Shown here: positions 38,801 through 51,233 of the stretch, piece by piece | How positions within the stretch are numbered: the stretch's first letter is position 1 | How the letters are laid out: every line of letters starts with the position of its first letter | From: Proteromonas lacertae | Taxonomy: Eukaryota | DNA length: 64,000 nucleotides | Direction of reading: 5' to 3' | Assembly (NCBI GenBank): GCA_002245135.1 | Contig: NGBS01000299.1 | Location: 62,001 to 126,000 of the forward strand | Program-made: the position numbers and the translations under genes | Notes under the pieces: model-generated | Databases searched by the model: none | Told to the model about the DNA's origin: nothing | The model's input: only the letters and a program-made list of their open reading frames with translations

Positions 38801-40326
38801 CAACTACTATTCCTCCATCAACTCCAAAACCAACAACTATGAGTCCAACTACTGTAAAACCTACCACTGTTACACCTACAACTATTTCTCCAACAACAAC
38901 ACCAACTACAGTTCCAACAACTCCAAAACCAACCAACAATTGCTCCAACAACTCCAAAACCAACAACAATTGCTCCCAAACCAACAATCCCACAAATCCA
39001 ACTACAATTCCTCCAACAACACCAAATCCAACTACAATTCCTCCAACAACACCAAATCCAACTGCAATTCCTCCAACAACGCTTAAACCAACAGTTATTT
39101 TACCCACAACACCAAAACCAACTACAATTCCTCCAACAACACCAAATCCATCAACTACAATTCCTCCAACAACACCAAATCCAACTACAATTCCTCCAAC
39201 AACACCAAATCCAACTACAATTCCTCCAACAAATCCAAATCCATCAACTGCAATTCCTCCAACTACTCCTGAAACTACAACAATAAAACCAACAACAAAA
39301 CCAATAACAATCATTCCAACAACAGCAAAACCAATTGAAAGAATTGATATTGAAATTAGAATCTCCAATATTTCCGATAGTGTTTCATATGAATTGAATG
39401 AAAATGATAAAAATATAATAAAAGATTCAATAATTGAAATATACAGAAAAGAAGATATAAGATTAACAAAAAATGATATAGAAGTAACAAGTAATAATCG
39501 AAAGATGTTATTGAGAGGATTAGAAAATGAAATGATTATTGAAGTAATAGTTACTGTTCCTGAAGAATCAACTAAAGATAAAATCATAGAAATCACAAAA
39601 GAATTGATGAATGATCACAAATTAAATGAAGAAATCAAAGCACGATGTGAAACAATTGATGAAACAATATTCAAAGATGTGGAAGTTGAAATAATAAAAG
39701 TAGAAGTTAGGCCAGTCTATCCAACGAATTCAAATGATAATGGAAGTAAAGATGATAGTAGTAGTGGTGGTTTCTCAACAGTGATGTTGATAGGAATAAT
39801 AGGTGGAGGAGTGGTAGTATTGATAATAATAATAATTGGAATAATGTTATGTCGATGTAGAAAAACTGAATCTCATTCATCAAAATCTAAATCCAAACCT
39901 AAAACTACCAAACCTAAACCAATAGCTGAGAAAGGAGTAAAAGTAAATGAAAATGTAAAAAATGTCAATGAAGAGAAAGGAAAAGAAGATATCGAATTAC
40001 CTGTAATAGTTGATAAATCCCAATCAGTTGATGTGAAGAAAGAGAGTGATAATGTAAAAGAGAAAGAAGAGGAGAATAAGAAAGTAGAAGTGAAAGAAGT
40101 AGAAATTAAAAAAACAGAAGAAATTAAAATAGCAGAAGTAAAAGCTAATCCACCTCCACCACCCCAAAGAAATGATGTAAAACCAACTCCTCCACCTCCA
40201 CCTAAAAGAAAAGAAAGTAAAAGTAATGTAGAAGATAATGCTGCAGTTAATATTCCAGAAAGAAAGAGTAGAAAAAGTTCATCCAGTTTCTCAAGTAGTG
40301 GATCAAGTAGTAGTGGAGAAGAATAA
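32842..40326 (+). CDS. Very large cell-surface metzincin metalloprotease (gametolysin/M11-like) with repeated jelly-roll and Cys-rich modules, PT-rich stalk, TM and cytoplasmic tail; broken by +1 frameshifts
   Basis: Signal peptide MNNILWFLFIISLYGVSS; HEIGHNMGFSH zinc motif plus Met-turn YGDTSNYMG; ORFs 32836, 36839, 37140 and 38167 follow in successive +1 frames and continue internal repeats; TM VMLIGIIGGGVVVLIIIIIGIMLC. Confidence 0.8.
38675..39330 (+). repeat. Coding tandem repeat (~30 bp unit, PTTPNPTTIP / PTTPKPTTIP), mucin-like stalk
   Basis: Repeated ccaacaacaccaaatccaactacaattcct units. Confidence 0.92.
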
Positions 40327-40481
40327 AAATATTATTATTATTATATTTTATATACCGATATTCTTATTATTCTTTTTCTATTGTGATTATTTAAATAATA
40401 TAAATATAATTGATGAAAATAATATATTTTCCCCACAAAAACAATTTGAGAATTAGAAATATAATAAAGTATAATATAAAG

Positions 40482-43442
40482 TTATCTTCTATATCCACCA
40501 GCATAACCTCCAGCATAACCACCTGGTGCTGGACCTCTTGGTGGAAGTGTACCTCTTGGACCATATGTACCACCCATAGCAACAGGTGGTGGTCTATAAG
40601 TAGATGCAGCACCAGCAGGTCTACTTGAATATGCATTTTGTGTATAAGTTCTACTACTTCCTCTATTCTTTGATTTGATTTTACAATATATAAAGATTAT
40701 TCCAGCTAAAACAACTACAACTGCTAAAATTATTAAAACTATTACAAAAGTGCTTAATCCTTTCTTTTCTATACTTTTTACTGTTTGAGAAGTTGTTGAA
40801 CTATCAAATGCATATTCTTCACCATTAATATCTACATCCACTTTATTGTAAATATACGTTGCTTGAGTAGCAGGAGCATCTACTGTGTATCTATAACCAT
40901 CAAAATTATATTCTGTTTTTCCACCATTAACATTTGCCATTTGATTTCCAACTTTACTAACATATACTGGTCTTATATTCAATATTTCAACATCTTTATT
41001 GAATTTGATTCTATCAATTTCTGCCCATCCACCAGTTGCTTTATTCATTTCTGTATATGTCAATTTATATGATACTCTATTTAAACCACCTAAAGCACTT
41101 AAATCTTTGGAATATTCACCCATATCTGTTTCTACTGTTATTCTTAAACCACCTGGAACAACTCCTTTGAAATCGATTAAAACATAATCATGATAGTTTA
41201 ATTGTTGAATTGGATAATTATACCAATTATTGGTTTTAAATACTACTGGATATAACATTGATGTTGTGGTTGAATGTTTTTCACTTGGCATAGCAGCTGG
41301 AGATAATTCAAATTTTCCATCATCAGTATATGCTATTGCCACTCTATTTCCATTTTCTGGGTGATAAACTGTAAAACTATTATAATATGTTACTTTTCCA
41401 CTTTTATCTTTAACAACAACTGCTCCTTCAGCAAATCCATCAGTTTCTAATCCAGGCAATACTTCTGAAAATGTTTTATCAACTACTTTTATATCCTTCT
41501 CGTTACCAAATAAATCAGTTATATATGCTCTTCCACCTGAAGGAACTTCTAAACCACTTCCAAATATCACATTTTTTATTCCCAAATCCTCTACAGTTTT
41601 ATTAACATCATCTATTTTAACTCTACTAACTATGGCATTGAAATAATTCTTTCTGGAGAAACCAGGATAATTCACTCCATTTACATTTACTTTAATACAT
41701 TTAGATCCTTTATCGCCATAACAAACTTGAGAAAGAGAATAATCTAAACCATTATAAGAACGAAGTGAATTTCTTCCTCTTACAAAAGCTGATGATTGTG
41801 AGTAAAATCTGGGAAGGTTTATGTTTCTATTTCCATTATTTATAAAGTAATACCATCCACTATTTGTAGTAGATTTAGAACAATTATAGCCACTGCCATC
41901 ATCCAATTTAAAACAATTATGATAACTTGGTGAAAATATAAAATTTGGTAAATCTTTTGGAGGTGATAATGTTGGTGGTTTCCTATTTGGAAAATATTCA
42001 ATTTCAACTTCAGCATAGCCTGGTTCATCATAATTTCTTCTATTATCTTTCACTATTTCTTTTTCAATTGATTCTCTTAATACAGTCTTATGAATTTTGG
42101 TTATTCTCACTTTCAAAGTACCTGTGTCAAAATCACGTGGATAATAATCATTTCCTATTATTATTTCACTATCTGCCCACGATTGCAAATTATCAATATT
42201 AGCCATTAATAAATTACCTTTCTGACCAAAACCATAAGTTATTCTCACACCAAACTCCAGAGGTCCTTGTTGACCTGTAGGGTCATATCGATATTCTAAC
42301 ATTATTGAACCAGATGTTCCATCTGCTCCTCCATATTTACTGGTCAAAGTCTTATTCACAAATATCCTTATTGCCATACAATTATATTTAAATGGAATTC
42401 CACCAAAGACTTCATCATCAGTATGATATGCTTCTTTTACACCTAAGAAATGTCTTGTATATGGATGATCAATAGCATATATTCTATATTTGTGAATTCC
42501 TTCTTCTAAATCTTTAAATAACCATGGTTCAGGTTTACCTCCAACAACTACCTGTCTATATTGAGATGCAACAATTGGATGTGGCCATGTAGCATACGCT
42601 CCCATAAAATTAGCTGCATCATTATAATTATCAACTTCATTAAATGTGACAAATGTTCCAGTTGCTTCAGTACCTTGTCTACCTCCGTGACCAAAACCGC
42701 AATTATGACCAAATTCATGAACTATTGTTAGTAATTTTGAGTTGTTTGGATCATCAACATTTCCATTTGAATCATGATTTATTTTACAAATCATCCAATA
42801 ATTTGTTTTAGGATTTACCATTTTTGCAGGACCACCAACAACTGCTAAACCCAACCAAGTTCCGAAATAATCATCATTTATAAACCATCTTGATGCTACA
42901 TCTGGAACATTATCAATTTTTTTAGCTGCTGCGTATAATGCGTTGTTAATTGTACCTGAATTAGCTTCAACATAAATTGACTCATCAATTACTAAACATT
43001 GTGAACTGATGTATATTGCATTTATTCTAATTTGATTTCCAGACCATAACCTTTGATTTAGTTCAGTATATCTCACATACTCTTTCACTTTATCTACTGA
43101 AGCACATCGCTTAGGCTCCTTTCTATTAGCGCCTCTAAAAATGCCTATAATTATTGGTTTAATAAACACAGGTGAGTAAGCTTCATCATTTTCTTTTAAA
43201 GTTGGTTGTTTTTGTGTAATATAATGCAGTAATTTTATATTATGATTCTTTATCTCAAATGTAGCTTTTATATATCCGGATGATAGCTGAAAATTCTGTT
43301 TATTCAATATTGGGTTTACATAGCCCTGTTCATAGTTTAAATATAATGCTCCATGATCATCGTAATAAACTTCAACAGTTTTGTTTATGACAAGTTCCCC
43401 ACTTGCCAAATAGACGATAAAAAACAATAAGAAACAATTCAT
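40482..43442 (-). CDS. Cell-surface metzincin metalloprotease, shorter intronless paralog of the preceding gene
   Basis: Signal peptide; RLWSGNQI, HEFGHNCGFGH, YNDAANFMG, YAIDHPYTRHF, YHTDDEVFGG, YDEPGYAEVE all shared with the 32842 gene; TM FVIVLIILAVVVVLAGIIFIYC; G/Y/R/P-rich tail. Confidence 0.85.
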   Translation of the reverse strand: MNCFLLFFIVYLASGELVINKTVEVYYDDHGALYLNYEQGYVNPILNKQNFQLSSGYIKATFEIKNHNIKLLHYITQKQPTLKENDEAYSPVFIKPIIIGIFRGANRKEPKRCASVDKVKEYVRYTELNQRLWSGNQIRINAIYISSQCLVIDESIYVEANSGTINNALYAAAKKIDNVPDVASRWFINDDYFGTWLGLAVVGGPAKMVNPKTNYWMICKINHDSNGNVDDPNNSKLLTIVHEFGHNCGFGHGGRQGTEATGTFVTFNEVDNYNDAANFMGAYATWPHPIVASQYRQVVVGGKPEPWLFKDLEEGIHKYRIYAIDHPYTRHFLGVKEAYHTDDEVFGGIPFKYNCMAIRIFVNKTLTSKYGGADGTSGSIMLEYRYDPTGQQGPLEFGVRITYGFGQKGNLLMANIDNLQSWADSEIIIGNDYYPRDFDTGTLKVRITKIHKTVLRESIEKEIVKDNRRNYDEPGYAEVEIEYFPNRKPPTLSPPKDLPNFIFSPSYHNCFKLDDGSGYNCSKSTTNSGWYYFINNGNRNINLPRFYSQSSAFVRGRNSLRSYNGLDYSLSQVCYGDKGSKCIKVNVNGVNYPGFSRKNYFNAIVSRVKIDDVNKTVEDLGIKNVIFGSGLEVPSGGRAYITDLFGNEKDIKVVDKTFSEVLPGLETDGFAEGAVVVKDKSGKVTYYNSFTVYHPENGNRVAIAYTDDGKFELSPAAMPSEKHSTTTSMLYPVVFKTNNWYNYPIQQLNYHDYVLIDFKGVVPGGLRITVETDMGEYSKDLSALGGLNRVSYKLTYTEMNKATGGWAEIDRIKFNKDVEILNIRPVYVSKVGNQMANVNGGKTEYNFDGYRYTVDAPATQATYIYNKVDVDINGEEYAFDSSTTSQTVKSIEKKGLSTFVIVLIILAVVVVLAGIIFIYCKIKSKNRGSSRTYTQNAYSSRPAGAASTYRPPPVAMGGTYGPRGTLPPRGPAPGGYAGGYAGGYRR

Positions 43443-43823
43443 TTGTCCGTTACTTTATTTTTGAATTTTTTTTTCATAACGAACTTATTAATCGAATGCA
43501 TAAATAAAATATGTGGAAGTATTTGTAGTACATTTCAACTAGTCTGTCTTAATATTAAGTTTATAGATAAAATAATTCTCTATGTTATATAAATAAATAT
43601 TACACATCGTTATTAATTCCATTACCTTCGCATAAAACATTTATTGCCTTTATTACTTATATTCCAAATTATTTATGTTTAAGTCATTCTACTATCTTCA
43701 CAATGTAAAACTTCTGGCTATTCAAGTAGTGGATTAATTGGTAAAGGAAAATTTTAACAATGATATATTTTATATTCAAAAAAAAATCAGTAAAATTAAA
43801 TACACAGAATTAAATTATTCAGT

Positions 43824-46800
43824 TCATACTGCTTCATCTTCATTTTTCTTTTCTTCTGCTTTATTTATGATAGATATTTTCACATTTTTATTCTGAAAAT
43901 TATCATTCCCAGATCCACTTGATTTGCTATTACTACCTAATGATATTTGAACTGTACTACAAGGTTTCACATTAGCAGGAGATATAGAACACTGTTCACT
44001 ATAATCAACCTGCAAATTAATAGGACTTTCATCTGGAGGGAGGGATCCTAGTTTTCTTCCACTTTTAATCAGTTGAGATGGTGAATATGGCACTGACTGG
44101 CATTTATTTCTAGTAATTGTACTGTCATTGCCACATTCAGTAAATGAATTCTTTTTACTGTTCATTCTATTTAATGGAGTAGTAGTTTGACTATCCATTT
44201 TAGTATTTGAACTATATAGAACACCATTATTTTTAGTAACATGTTTGTTATTATTATTACAATTTACAGGAACTGTACTTGTACAAACAAATTCCTGATT
44301 TCCCATTAAGAAATTAGTATCAATTAATAATGTTGGATCATAATCATTTGGATTATTATTATTATTATTATATGATGGTATACTTGGTCTTGGAGTTTTA
44401 TGATGAATTGAATTGGAAATATCAGAAGAACATTTCTTTTGTAAAGATGTAATACTACCTTGAATCACTCTATTATTTGTATTATTATTATTATTATTAT
44501 TCATCTTGGTATTTTGCGTACAAACTGTCTCAGAACTACTACTTGTGTTATTGTTATTATAATTTGTAGTTACAATTGCAGTTGGTCTTGGACTTGGATA
44601 AGTCATAGCTGACATAGTCATTCCTTCCATTACATCACTCATTGTGCTGTTATACCTCTGATTATAGGCATCTTCTGAAAATGCTTCATCTTCTACAGTT
44701 ACAGATCCATTATACCTCCTTTTTTCCTTCTTTTTAGATTTTGATGGTTTTATTGCTGCTTTTGATAGTTTTCTATAATTATTATGTTAAATATATATAT
44801 ATATAATACCTTTCTGAGTATTTCTTTGCATTTGCAATAATTGTATCATCTATATTGCAATAAATAAAAAGAAATAATAAAAATACAAAATTGAATATTA
44901 ATTCTAAAGCCAAAGTTATACAGTGGAAATACAAATATCACTAACAAATCAAATGGATAATCATTATAAACTCTAACATTTGGTAAATAAAACACTTTCT
45001 GTAACCTATAAATGTAACGATAATAATAAATATATTATTAATACGTTGATATTGAGAAAATTGCGAGTAAAGATGAAAATGTAATTACCATAAAAATACC
45101 ACTTAATGTATGATTAACAACAGGATGATTAAATGGTCCAATTCGATTAGTTTCAAATGTTAAAAATAGAAAAATTATAGTAGATGCAAGAATAAATGAT
45201 TTATGAAAATCTATTAATATTTCTACTATAACACATAAAGATTGTGCTACAAGTAATTCATTATTAAACATCATATGTCTTTTGTTAAACACATCACTTT
45301 GGTATAAGAAATGATCGTATGGAATGGATTTTGGATTAAACCAACTTGAAAATGATTGGAACTCTATATTAAGAAATTGAAAATGACAATCAACTCTATG
45401 AATTCTTGTGACAATGATTAGAAATAATATCAGCAATAAACTACTGCATAAAAATACTGCAACATGTTGACTACTGCCATATTCGATACTTGAATATTTC
45501 ATATATAAAGTTTCACCATCCTTTGGAGTAAACGTATTTGGAATATAGCAGCATAATAATATATATAATAAAGGTATATAAAAAAACGAAGTGATAAAGA
45601 ATATATAATCTATTAAATTTTATATAATTTATAAATATATACAATGACAAATATAATATAACATTCTCCACACTTTACTATCTGTATTCTTCGATAGATT
45701 ACGTTCAATTATATGAAAAGCATCGTAATAAATAAGGACAAACAATATAACCAATAATGCATAAGTGAAAAGGTATGCTAAATGAATAGTATCATAAAAA
45801 TATCTATTTTCATCCCATACACCAGATATAGCAAATTTACATAATTGCCCAAAGGAATTATTCATAAATATAAAACTAAAACACAATAACTGTAAGGAAT
45901 AGGTAAGAAAAATGATAATTCCATCAATAAATAATAAAGGTGAACTTTGTATTGATTTTTCAACTGTTTTATCATGTATATTAACACATTCAATCATTCC
46001 TTTATCATTACATTTCCATAATTTATCATCATCAATCACTTTTACATCACTTATCTTATGGTCAAACGTAATCAAGCTTTTTACAACTAATGACATTGTT
46101 TTTTGATTGTATTGTAACATCGTCACTTGTTCTTCTTTTGAAGTACAATACAAAATATCTTGGTCAATAAATATTCTATAAACAGTATTATTTAAACCAG
46201 TAACACTACTTTCTTTGATTGTTCCAGTATTTGAATCAACCACTAATACATAACCATTCTCACATCCTAACAATAAATTCCTTTTAATTGATTCTACACA
46301 ATATACAATATGATTTAAATTTCTTTCACTTGTTACTTTTCCACTATCTATATTTACATAACAAGATGATAAATCCTCATATGCAACAAATATCTTTGTT
46401 TTAGAGGATAAATGATTGAAATATATAGCTGTAATTGCATAGTTTAAACTAAACTCATTGACCAGTGCTCCACTTAATATATCATAGTATTGTAACATAC
46501 CGAAATTGTTAGCTAAAAATATAGTACCAAAATATGAAGATATTGTATAACAACTTAATGAAGTAAGAATGAAATCTCTAATAGGTTTGCCTTCTATTGA
46601 TATACAACTGATCATATCCTTATCAGGTTTTACAACAAATATATATGGTACATCTTCAATAGTTTCTACTGTAATCTCATTTATTGGAGTATCGCCACTT
46701 ATTATATTAACACATTGACAATTAAATATATTATACTGACGAATATCACCATCCTTACCAGCACTAAATATCCACTTGTAATTTAATGGTTTGTCTCTCC

Positions 46801-47020
46801 TTGATTTCTTCAGATCTTTAGAAGTTCTATAAAGCTTGTCTGTAATAACAATGGAAGTTACTTCACCATTATGTCCCTAAAAATTAATGATAAAAGAAAA
46901 TACTTGCCATATAACATCTTTAAGAGAAAATATAAAGCTTTGGCATCTGTATAAAAAAGTATAAAAACTGCTATTGATAAAAGACTCATAAAGTGAGTTG
47001 GTCTTTTCTTCTTCAATCAT
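43824..47020 (-). CDS. WD40 beta-propeller fused to a multi-pass TM region and an N/S-rich cytoplasmic tail (~6 introns)
   Basis: GHNGEVTSIV...WIFSAGKDGDIR; LLLGCENGYVLVVD; about 8 hydrophobic segments between ~45940 and ~44900; exons splice in frame to ORF 43824-44642. Confidence 0.65.
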
Positions 47021-47162
47021 TTCAAAATTAAACGAAAAGAAGTCGTTATTTTTTTGGTGTTTGAAAAATAAATAAACAAAAAATAGACTCGTTTCATTGC
47101 TTTCATCCAATAGATATAGTCCTATCCTTTGTGAAACGATATAATTTTTATTCAGTTCAATT

Positions 47163-50100
47163 ATGAGTGATACTACTGTAGAACCAGAATGTAAACAGTC
47201 AAAAAATACTACTGAAGAGGTATTACCTGTTATAGAACCATCCAATCCTTTAGGTGATGTAAATACAATTAGTGAGTATGAAATTTATGCGAAAAAACTG
47301 AAAGAAATGTTACCTGATTTACCTCCAGTTGATATATCAATGGAAAATGTGACAATGAAGATAAAAGAGAAAGTGAGATCAAAAGAGATTATTCCTAACC
47401 TCGTTACAGGGACATTTTATCAAATAGCCAATATATTCAACATAGGTAAAACAAAAGAAAAGATAATATTAAAAGATATAACCTTCAGATTTAAGCCAGG
47501 CAGTTCAACAGTCGTATTCGGACCACCTTCATCAGGTACATCTACTTTTTTAAAGGCGCCAGCCGGATATTTACCAACAAAATCTATATCAGGAACAATT
47601 AAATGTAGTAATCATCCTTATAGTGATTATAATTGGAAGAAAATGTGCTCATTTTGTGGACAATTAGATATACAATTAGCAGCTTTAACAGTAAAAGACA
47701 CATTTGAATTTGCTGTTCATTGTCTTAACGGTAAAGGATGTCTAAAGTCGAAAGGTCATAGCAACTTAGACGATGATATAGAAGGTAAAACTGAATTATT
47801 AGTTAAATTATTAGGCTTGGGGATATGTAAAGACACTATAATTGGTGATGATGTTCATAGAGGAGTAAGTGGCGGTGAAAAAAAGCGTGTTACGTTAGGT
47901 GAAACATTGGCAAGTCCAGCTAGAGTATTGTTATTAGATAAAATCAGTACTGGCTTAGATAGTGCAGTAACATATGACATATGTAAGTTTTTAAACCAAT
48001 GGAGTAAAATATTTGAAGGAATATTAGTATGTCACTTATTACAACCAGATCCAAATGTAATTGCATTATTTGATAATGTCATTGTGTTAAGCGAAGGTCA
48101 AATGATATATGGAGGACCATCCAATGAAGAAGTAATTAAGAAATATTTTAAAGATATTGGCTATTCCATTCCACAAGAAAAAGATATTGGTTCATTTCTT
48201 TCAGAAATGGGTAAAGAAGATTCTAGAATAACATTTAAAGAAAATGAAACAGTAAAAACTGATATTGAATCGATGGTTCAAAGTTACCAAAATAGTGAAA
48301 TATTTAAGAAAATGAAAGAAGAAATGGAAGAGAAAAAGAATAATATTCAATCAAAAGTAACTATAAAAACAAAGAATGATTATTGTGATGTTATGTTTAA
48401 TCAACCATATGCAATGAATTTCTTCAAATATTTAATATTCTTAATAAAAAGACAGTCACAAATAACATTTAAAAATAAAGGTTTTATTATTGGTAGAATA
48501 ATGCAACAATTATTCATGGGTGTGTTATTGGGTTGGATATTTTTTGGTATAAAGAAAGAAGAATATATCTCTAAAATTGGTATTATTTATATGACAATTG
48601 CAGCATTATTGAATGGAAGTATGGCTATTTTAGTACCTTCTTTCTTTCAAAAACCTGCTTTATATAAACAGCTGCAACAAGGTTATTTCTCACCTCCTCC
48701 TTATATATTGAGTGTGGTTATAAACCAATATCCATTACAAATTATAGAAACTATTATACTTGGTACTTTGATTTATTTTATGTGTGGTTTTACTTCATCT
48801 GATAATGCATCTCATTATTTTATATTTTTATTGGTATTATTCTTAGGTTATACTTCATTTATGTCATTTTATATGATATTCATCTATGTATTTGAAAGAT
48901 TGGGTGTTTTGCAAGGATTCCTACCAATTTTAAGTTTCTTTTTAAATACATTTAATGGTTTTAGTATTACAAAGAATAATATAGCTGATTGGTTGATTGA
49001 GTTTTATTATATTAGTCCAATTTCATATGTAATGAAATCAATAGCAATTAATGAATTTACTAGTAGTGATTATACTAAAGAAGAGAGTGAATTTATATTA
49101 AAAGCTTATGATTTCCCTACTGATAAGAATGAAATATGGTACAGTGTAATTATATTAGTATGTGAACATATATTTTTTGTTGTGATACAAATGATTGTAT
49201 TATATTTCTGTCGCTATGATCCATTTCCTCCAAGTAAAACTGTGGATGTAAAAGATGTAAAAGCTATTGATCCAGCATTACAATCACAAATCTCAATGAG
49301 ATCTTCAGCAAGTGAAGTTAACTTTAAATCTATTGATTTTTCATTTGAACATGTTAAATATACTGTTAAAGTAAAAGATCCAGCAACAAAAAAGAAAGTT
49401 GATAAAGTGTTATTGAATGATGTTAGTGGTTATGTAAGAGGTCATAGTATGACAGCTTTAATGGGAGCTAGTGGTGCTGGTAAAACAACTTTATTAGATG
49501 TAATAGCAAATAGAAAAACTCAAGGAAAGATAGAAGGCGAATATTTAATAAATGGTCATAAATATTCTCATAAAGATTTGTGTATGGTTAGTGGATATGT
49601 AGAACAACAAGATACATTACCAGAGACTGAGACAGTAATGGAAGCTTTGATGTTTAGTGCTAGATTAAGATATCCTGGCAATCCAAAAGATTCAACAATA
49701 AAGAAATATGTAAGAGATACAATTGAGTTATTAGGTATTAAAGAATATCAGAATATGATGATTGGAACAGTTGAGACAGGTTTGCCAATGGGTGTTAGAA
49801 AATTGGTGATGGTTGGAATAGAATTAGTAGCAAATCCATCATTATTGTTCTTAGATGAGCCAACCACAGGATTAGATAGTTCAGCTGCTTTATTAGTATG
49901 TCAAGTATTACAGAGAATTGCAGCAAGTGGAAGAAGTATAATTTGTACAATCCATCAACCATCCTATGAAATATTCAAATTGTTTAGTGATGTACTGCTA
50001 CTGGAAAGAGGTGGGAAAGTAGTTTATTTTGGTCCACTTGGTGAAAATGGTTCAAAAGTGGTAGAGTATGTTGAGAAAATAAATGGTGTAACTCCAATTG

Positions 50101-51143
50101 AAAAAGATCAAAATCCAGCTAGTTGGATGTTGGATGTAACAGGTGCTGGTGTAGATGGTAAAAATACAATAGCTTTTGGTGATTATTATTTAAGTAGTGA
50201 TTTATATTTAGAAACTCAAAGAAATATAGAGACAATCAAAACATCAAATTCACCAGAAATAAAATCCAAATCATCATATGCTGTTTCAATATTCAGACAA
50301 ATATACGAAGTAACAAAAAGAAATTTCAGAACAACATGGAGAAGATTAGATTATACATTAGCCAGAGTAAGAATTATATTCTTAATGACATTAGCAATAG
50401 GAATATTATATTTCGATATTGATACATCTACTCAAGGTGGAGCTCAAAGTTTATATGCTTCAATAAGTACATATGTGTTATCATTTGGAATGAACAATAT
50501 GATGTCAGTTCCAGCTATATTAATGGGATTGAGATTATCATTTTATAGAGAAGATGCAATGAGAACTTATCATCCATTTGCTCATTTATTTGCACAATTG
50601 TTTGTTGAAATAATCTATTCAGTTGTTATAGCCACAATTTATTTAGCATTATATTATCCAATGCTTGGATTAGTTAATGAAACAAAGAAGATATTGATTC
50701 ATTGGTTAGTATCAATAGAATGGGTATATTTCTCAGCTTCAATTGGTGCTTTATTCTCATATTTATTCCCTACTATAACTGGATCTCAAATATGTATTGG
50801 TATTGTTATGAGTTTTGCATTATGTGTTACTGGGTTTTTAATTCCTTATGCTGAATTGAATTATCCGTGGAAAGCTTTATATTGGATAAACCCAATGATG
50901 TATACAATTCAAGCTATGTCTGTTAATCAGTTCAAATGTGATAGTTATGATACAGATAAAACAAAATGTCCAATGACAAAATTAGGTCCTATATCAGTTA
51001 CTCTTCATGATTATTTCATCCAATTATATGGATTGAGATATGATTTATTGTGGAATTATGTTGGTTATTTAGCAATTGCGATTGTATTTATTGCAATATG
51101 CATGTACCTTGCAATGGCAAAGATTCGATATATATCTAGATAA
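47163..51143 (+). CDS. Full-size PDR-type ABCG transporter (NBD-TMD-NBD-TMD), intronless
   Basis: GVSGGEKKRVT, LDKISTGLDS, LLQP; ALMGASGAGKTTLLDVIA, GYVEQQD, LFLDEPTTGLDS, GRSIICTIHQPS, NPASWML. Confidence 0.95.
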   Translation: MSDTTVEPECKQSKNTTEEVLPVIEPSNPLGDVNTISEYEIYAKKLKEMLPDLPPVDISMENVTMKIKEKVRSKEIIPNLVTGTFYQIANIFNIGKTKEKIILKDITFRFKPGSSTVVFGPPSSGTSTFLKAPAGYLPTKSISGTIKCSNHPYSDYNWKKMCSFCGQLDIQLAALTVKDTFEFAVHCLNGKGCLKSKGHSNLDDDIEGKTELLVKLLGLGICKDTIIGDDVHRGVSGGEKKRVTLGETLASPARVLLLDKISTGLDSAVTYDICKFLNQWSKIFEGILVCHLLQPDPNVIALFDNVIVLSEGQMIYGGPSNEEVIKKYFKDIGYSIPQEKDIGSFLSEMGKEDSRITFKENETVKTDIESMVQSYQNSEIFKKMKEEMEEKKNNIQSKVTIKTKNDYCDVMFNQPYAMNFFKYLIFLIKRQSQITFKNKGFIIGRIMQQLFMGVLLGWIFFGIKKEEYISKIGIIYMTIAALLNGSMAILVPSFFQKPALYKQLQQGYFSPPPYILSVVINQYPLQIIETIILGTLIYFMCGFTSSDNASHYFIFLLVLFLGYTSFMSFYMIFIYVFERLGVLQGFLPILSFFLNTFNGFSITKNNIADWLIEFYYISPISYVMKSIAINEFTSSDYTKEESEFILKAYDFPTDKNEIWYSVIILVCEHIFFVVIQMIVLYFCRYDPFPPSKTVDVKDVKAIDPALQSQISMRSSASEVNFKSIDFSFEHVKYTVKVKDPATKKKVDKVLLNDVSGYVRGHSMTALMGASGAGKTTLLDVIANRKTQGKIEGEYLINGHKYSHKDLCMVSGYVEQQDTLPETETVMEALMFSARLRYPGNPKDSTIKKYVRDTIELLGIKEYQNMMIGTVETGLPMGVRKLVMVGIELVANPSLLFLDEPTTGLDSSAALLVCQVLQRIAASGRSIICTIHQPSYEIFKLFSDVLLLERGGKVVYFGPLGENGSKVVEYVEKINGVTPIEKDQNPASWMLDVTGAGVDGKNTIAFGDYYLSSDLYLETQRNIETIKTSNSPEIKSKSSYAVSIFRQIYEVTKRNFRTTWRRLDYTLARVRIIFLMTLAIGILYFDIDTSTQGGAQSLYASISTYVLSFGMNNMMSVPAILMGLRLSFYREDAMRTYHPFAHLFAQLFVEIIYSVVIATIYLALYYPMLGLVNETKKILIHWLVSIEWVYFSASIGALFSYLFPTITGSQICIGIVMSFALCVTGFLIPYAELNYPWKALYWINPMMYTIQAMSVNQFKCDSYDTDKTKCPMTKLGPISVTLHDYFIQLYGLRYDLLWNYVGYLAIAIVFIAICMYLAMAKIRYISR

Positions 51144-51233
51144 ATATATTTCATTATTTTATGTTAAATGTTTAATGATTATCTTTTCAATATATAAAAA
51201 TAATAAATATTAATAAATAAATAAGAATAAAAT

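Noticed and set aside
38675..39330. CRISPR-like array
   Set aside because: No unique spacers; it is a coding tandem repeat in a eukaryotic gene.
38622..39596. 324-aa minus-strand G/V-rich ORF
   Set aside because: Antisense shadow of the PT-rich tandem repeat in the protease gene.
46877..47245. 122-aa minus-strand ORF overlapping the PDR start
   Set aside because: Only the part from ATG 47020 is the first exon of the WD40-TM gene; the upstream extension is incidental.
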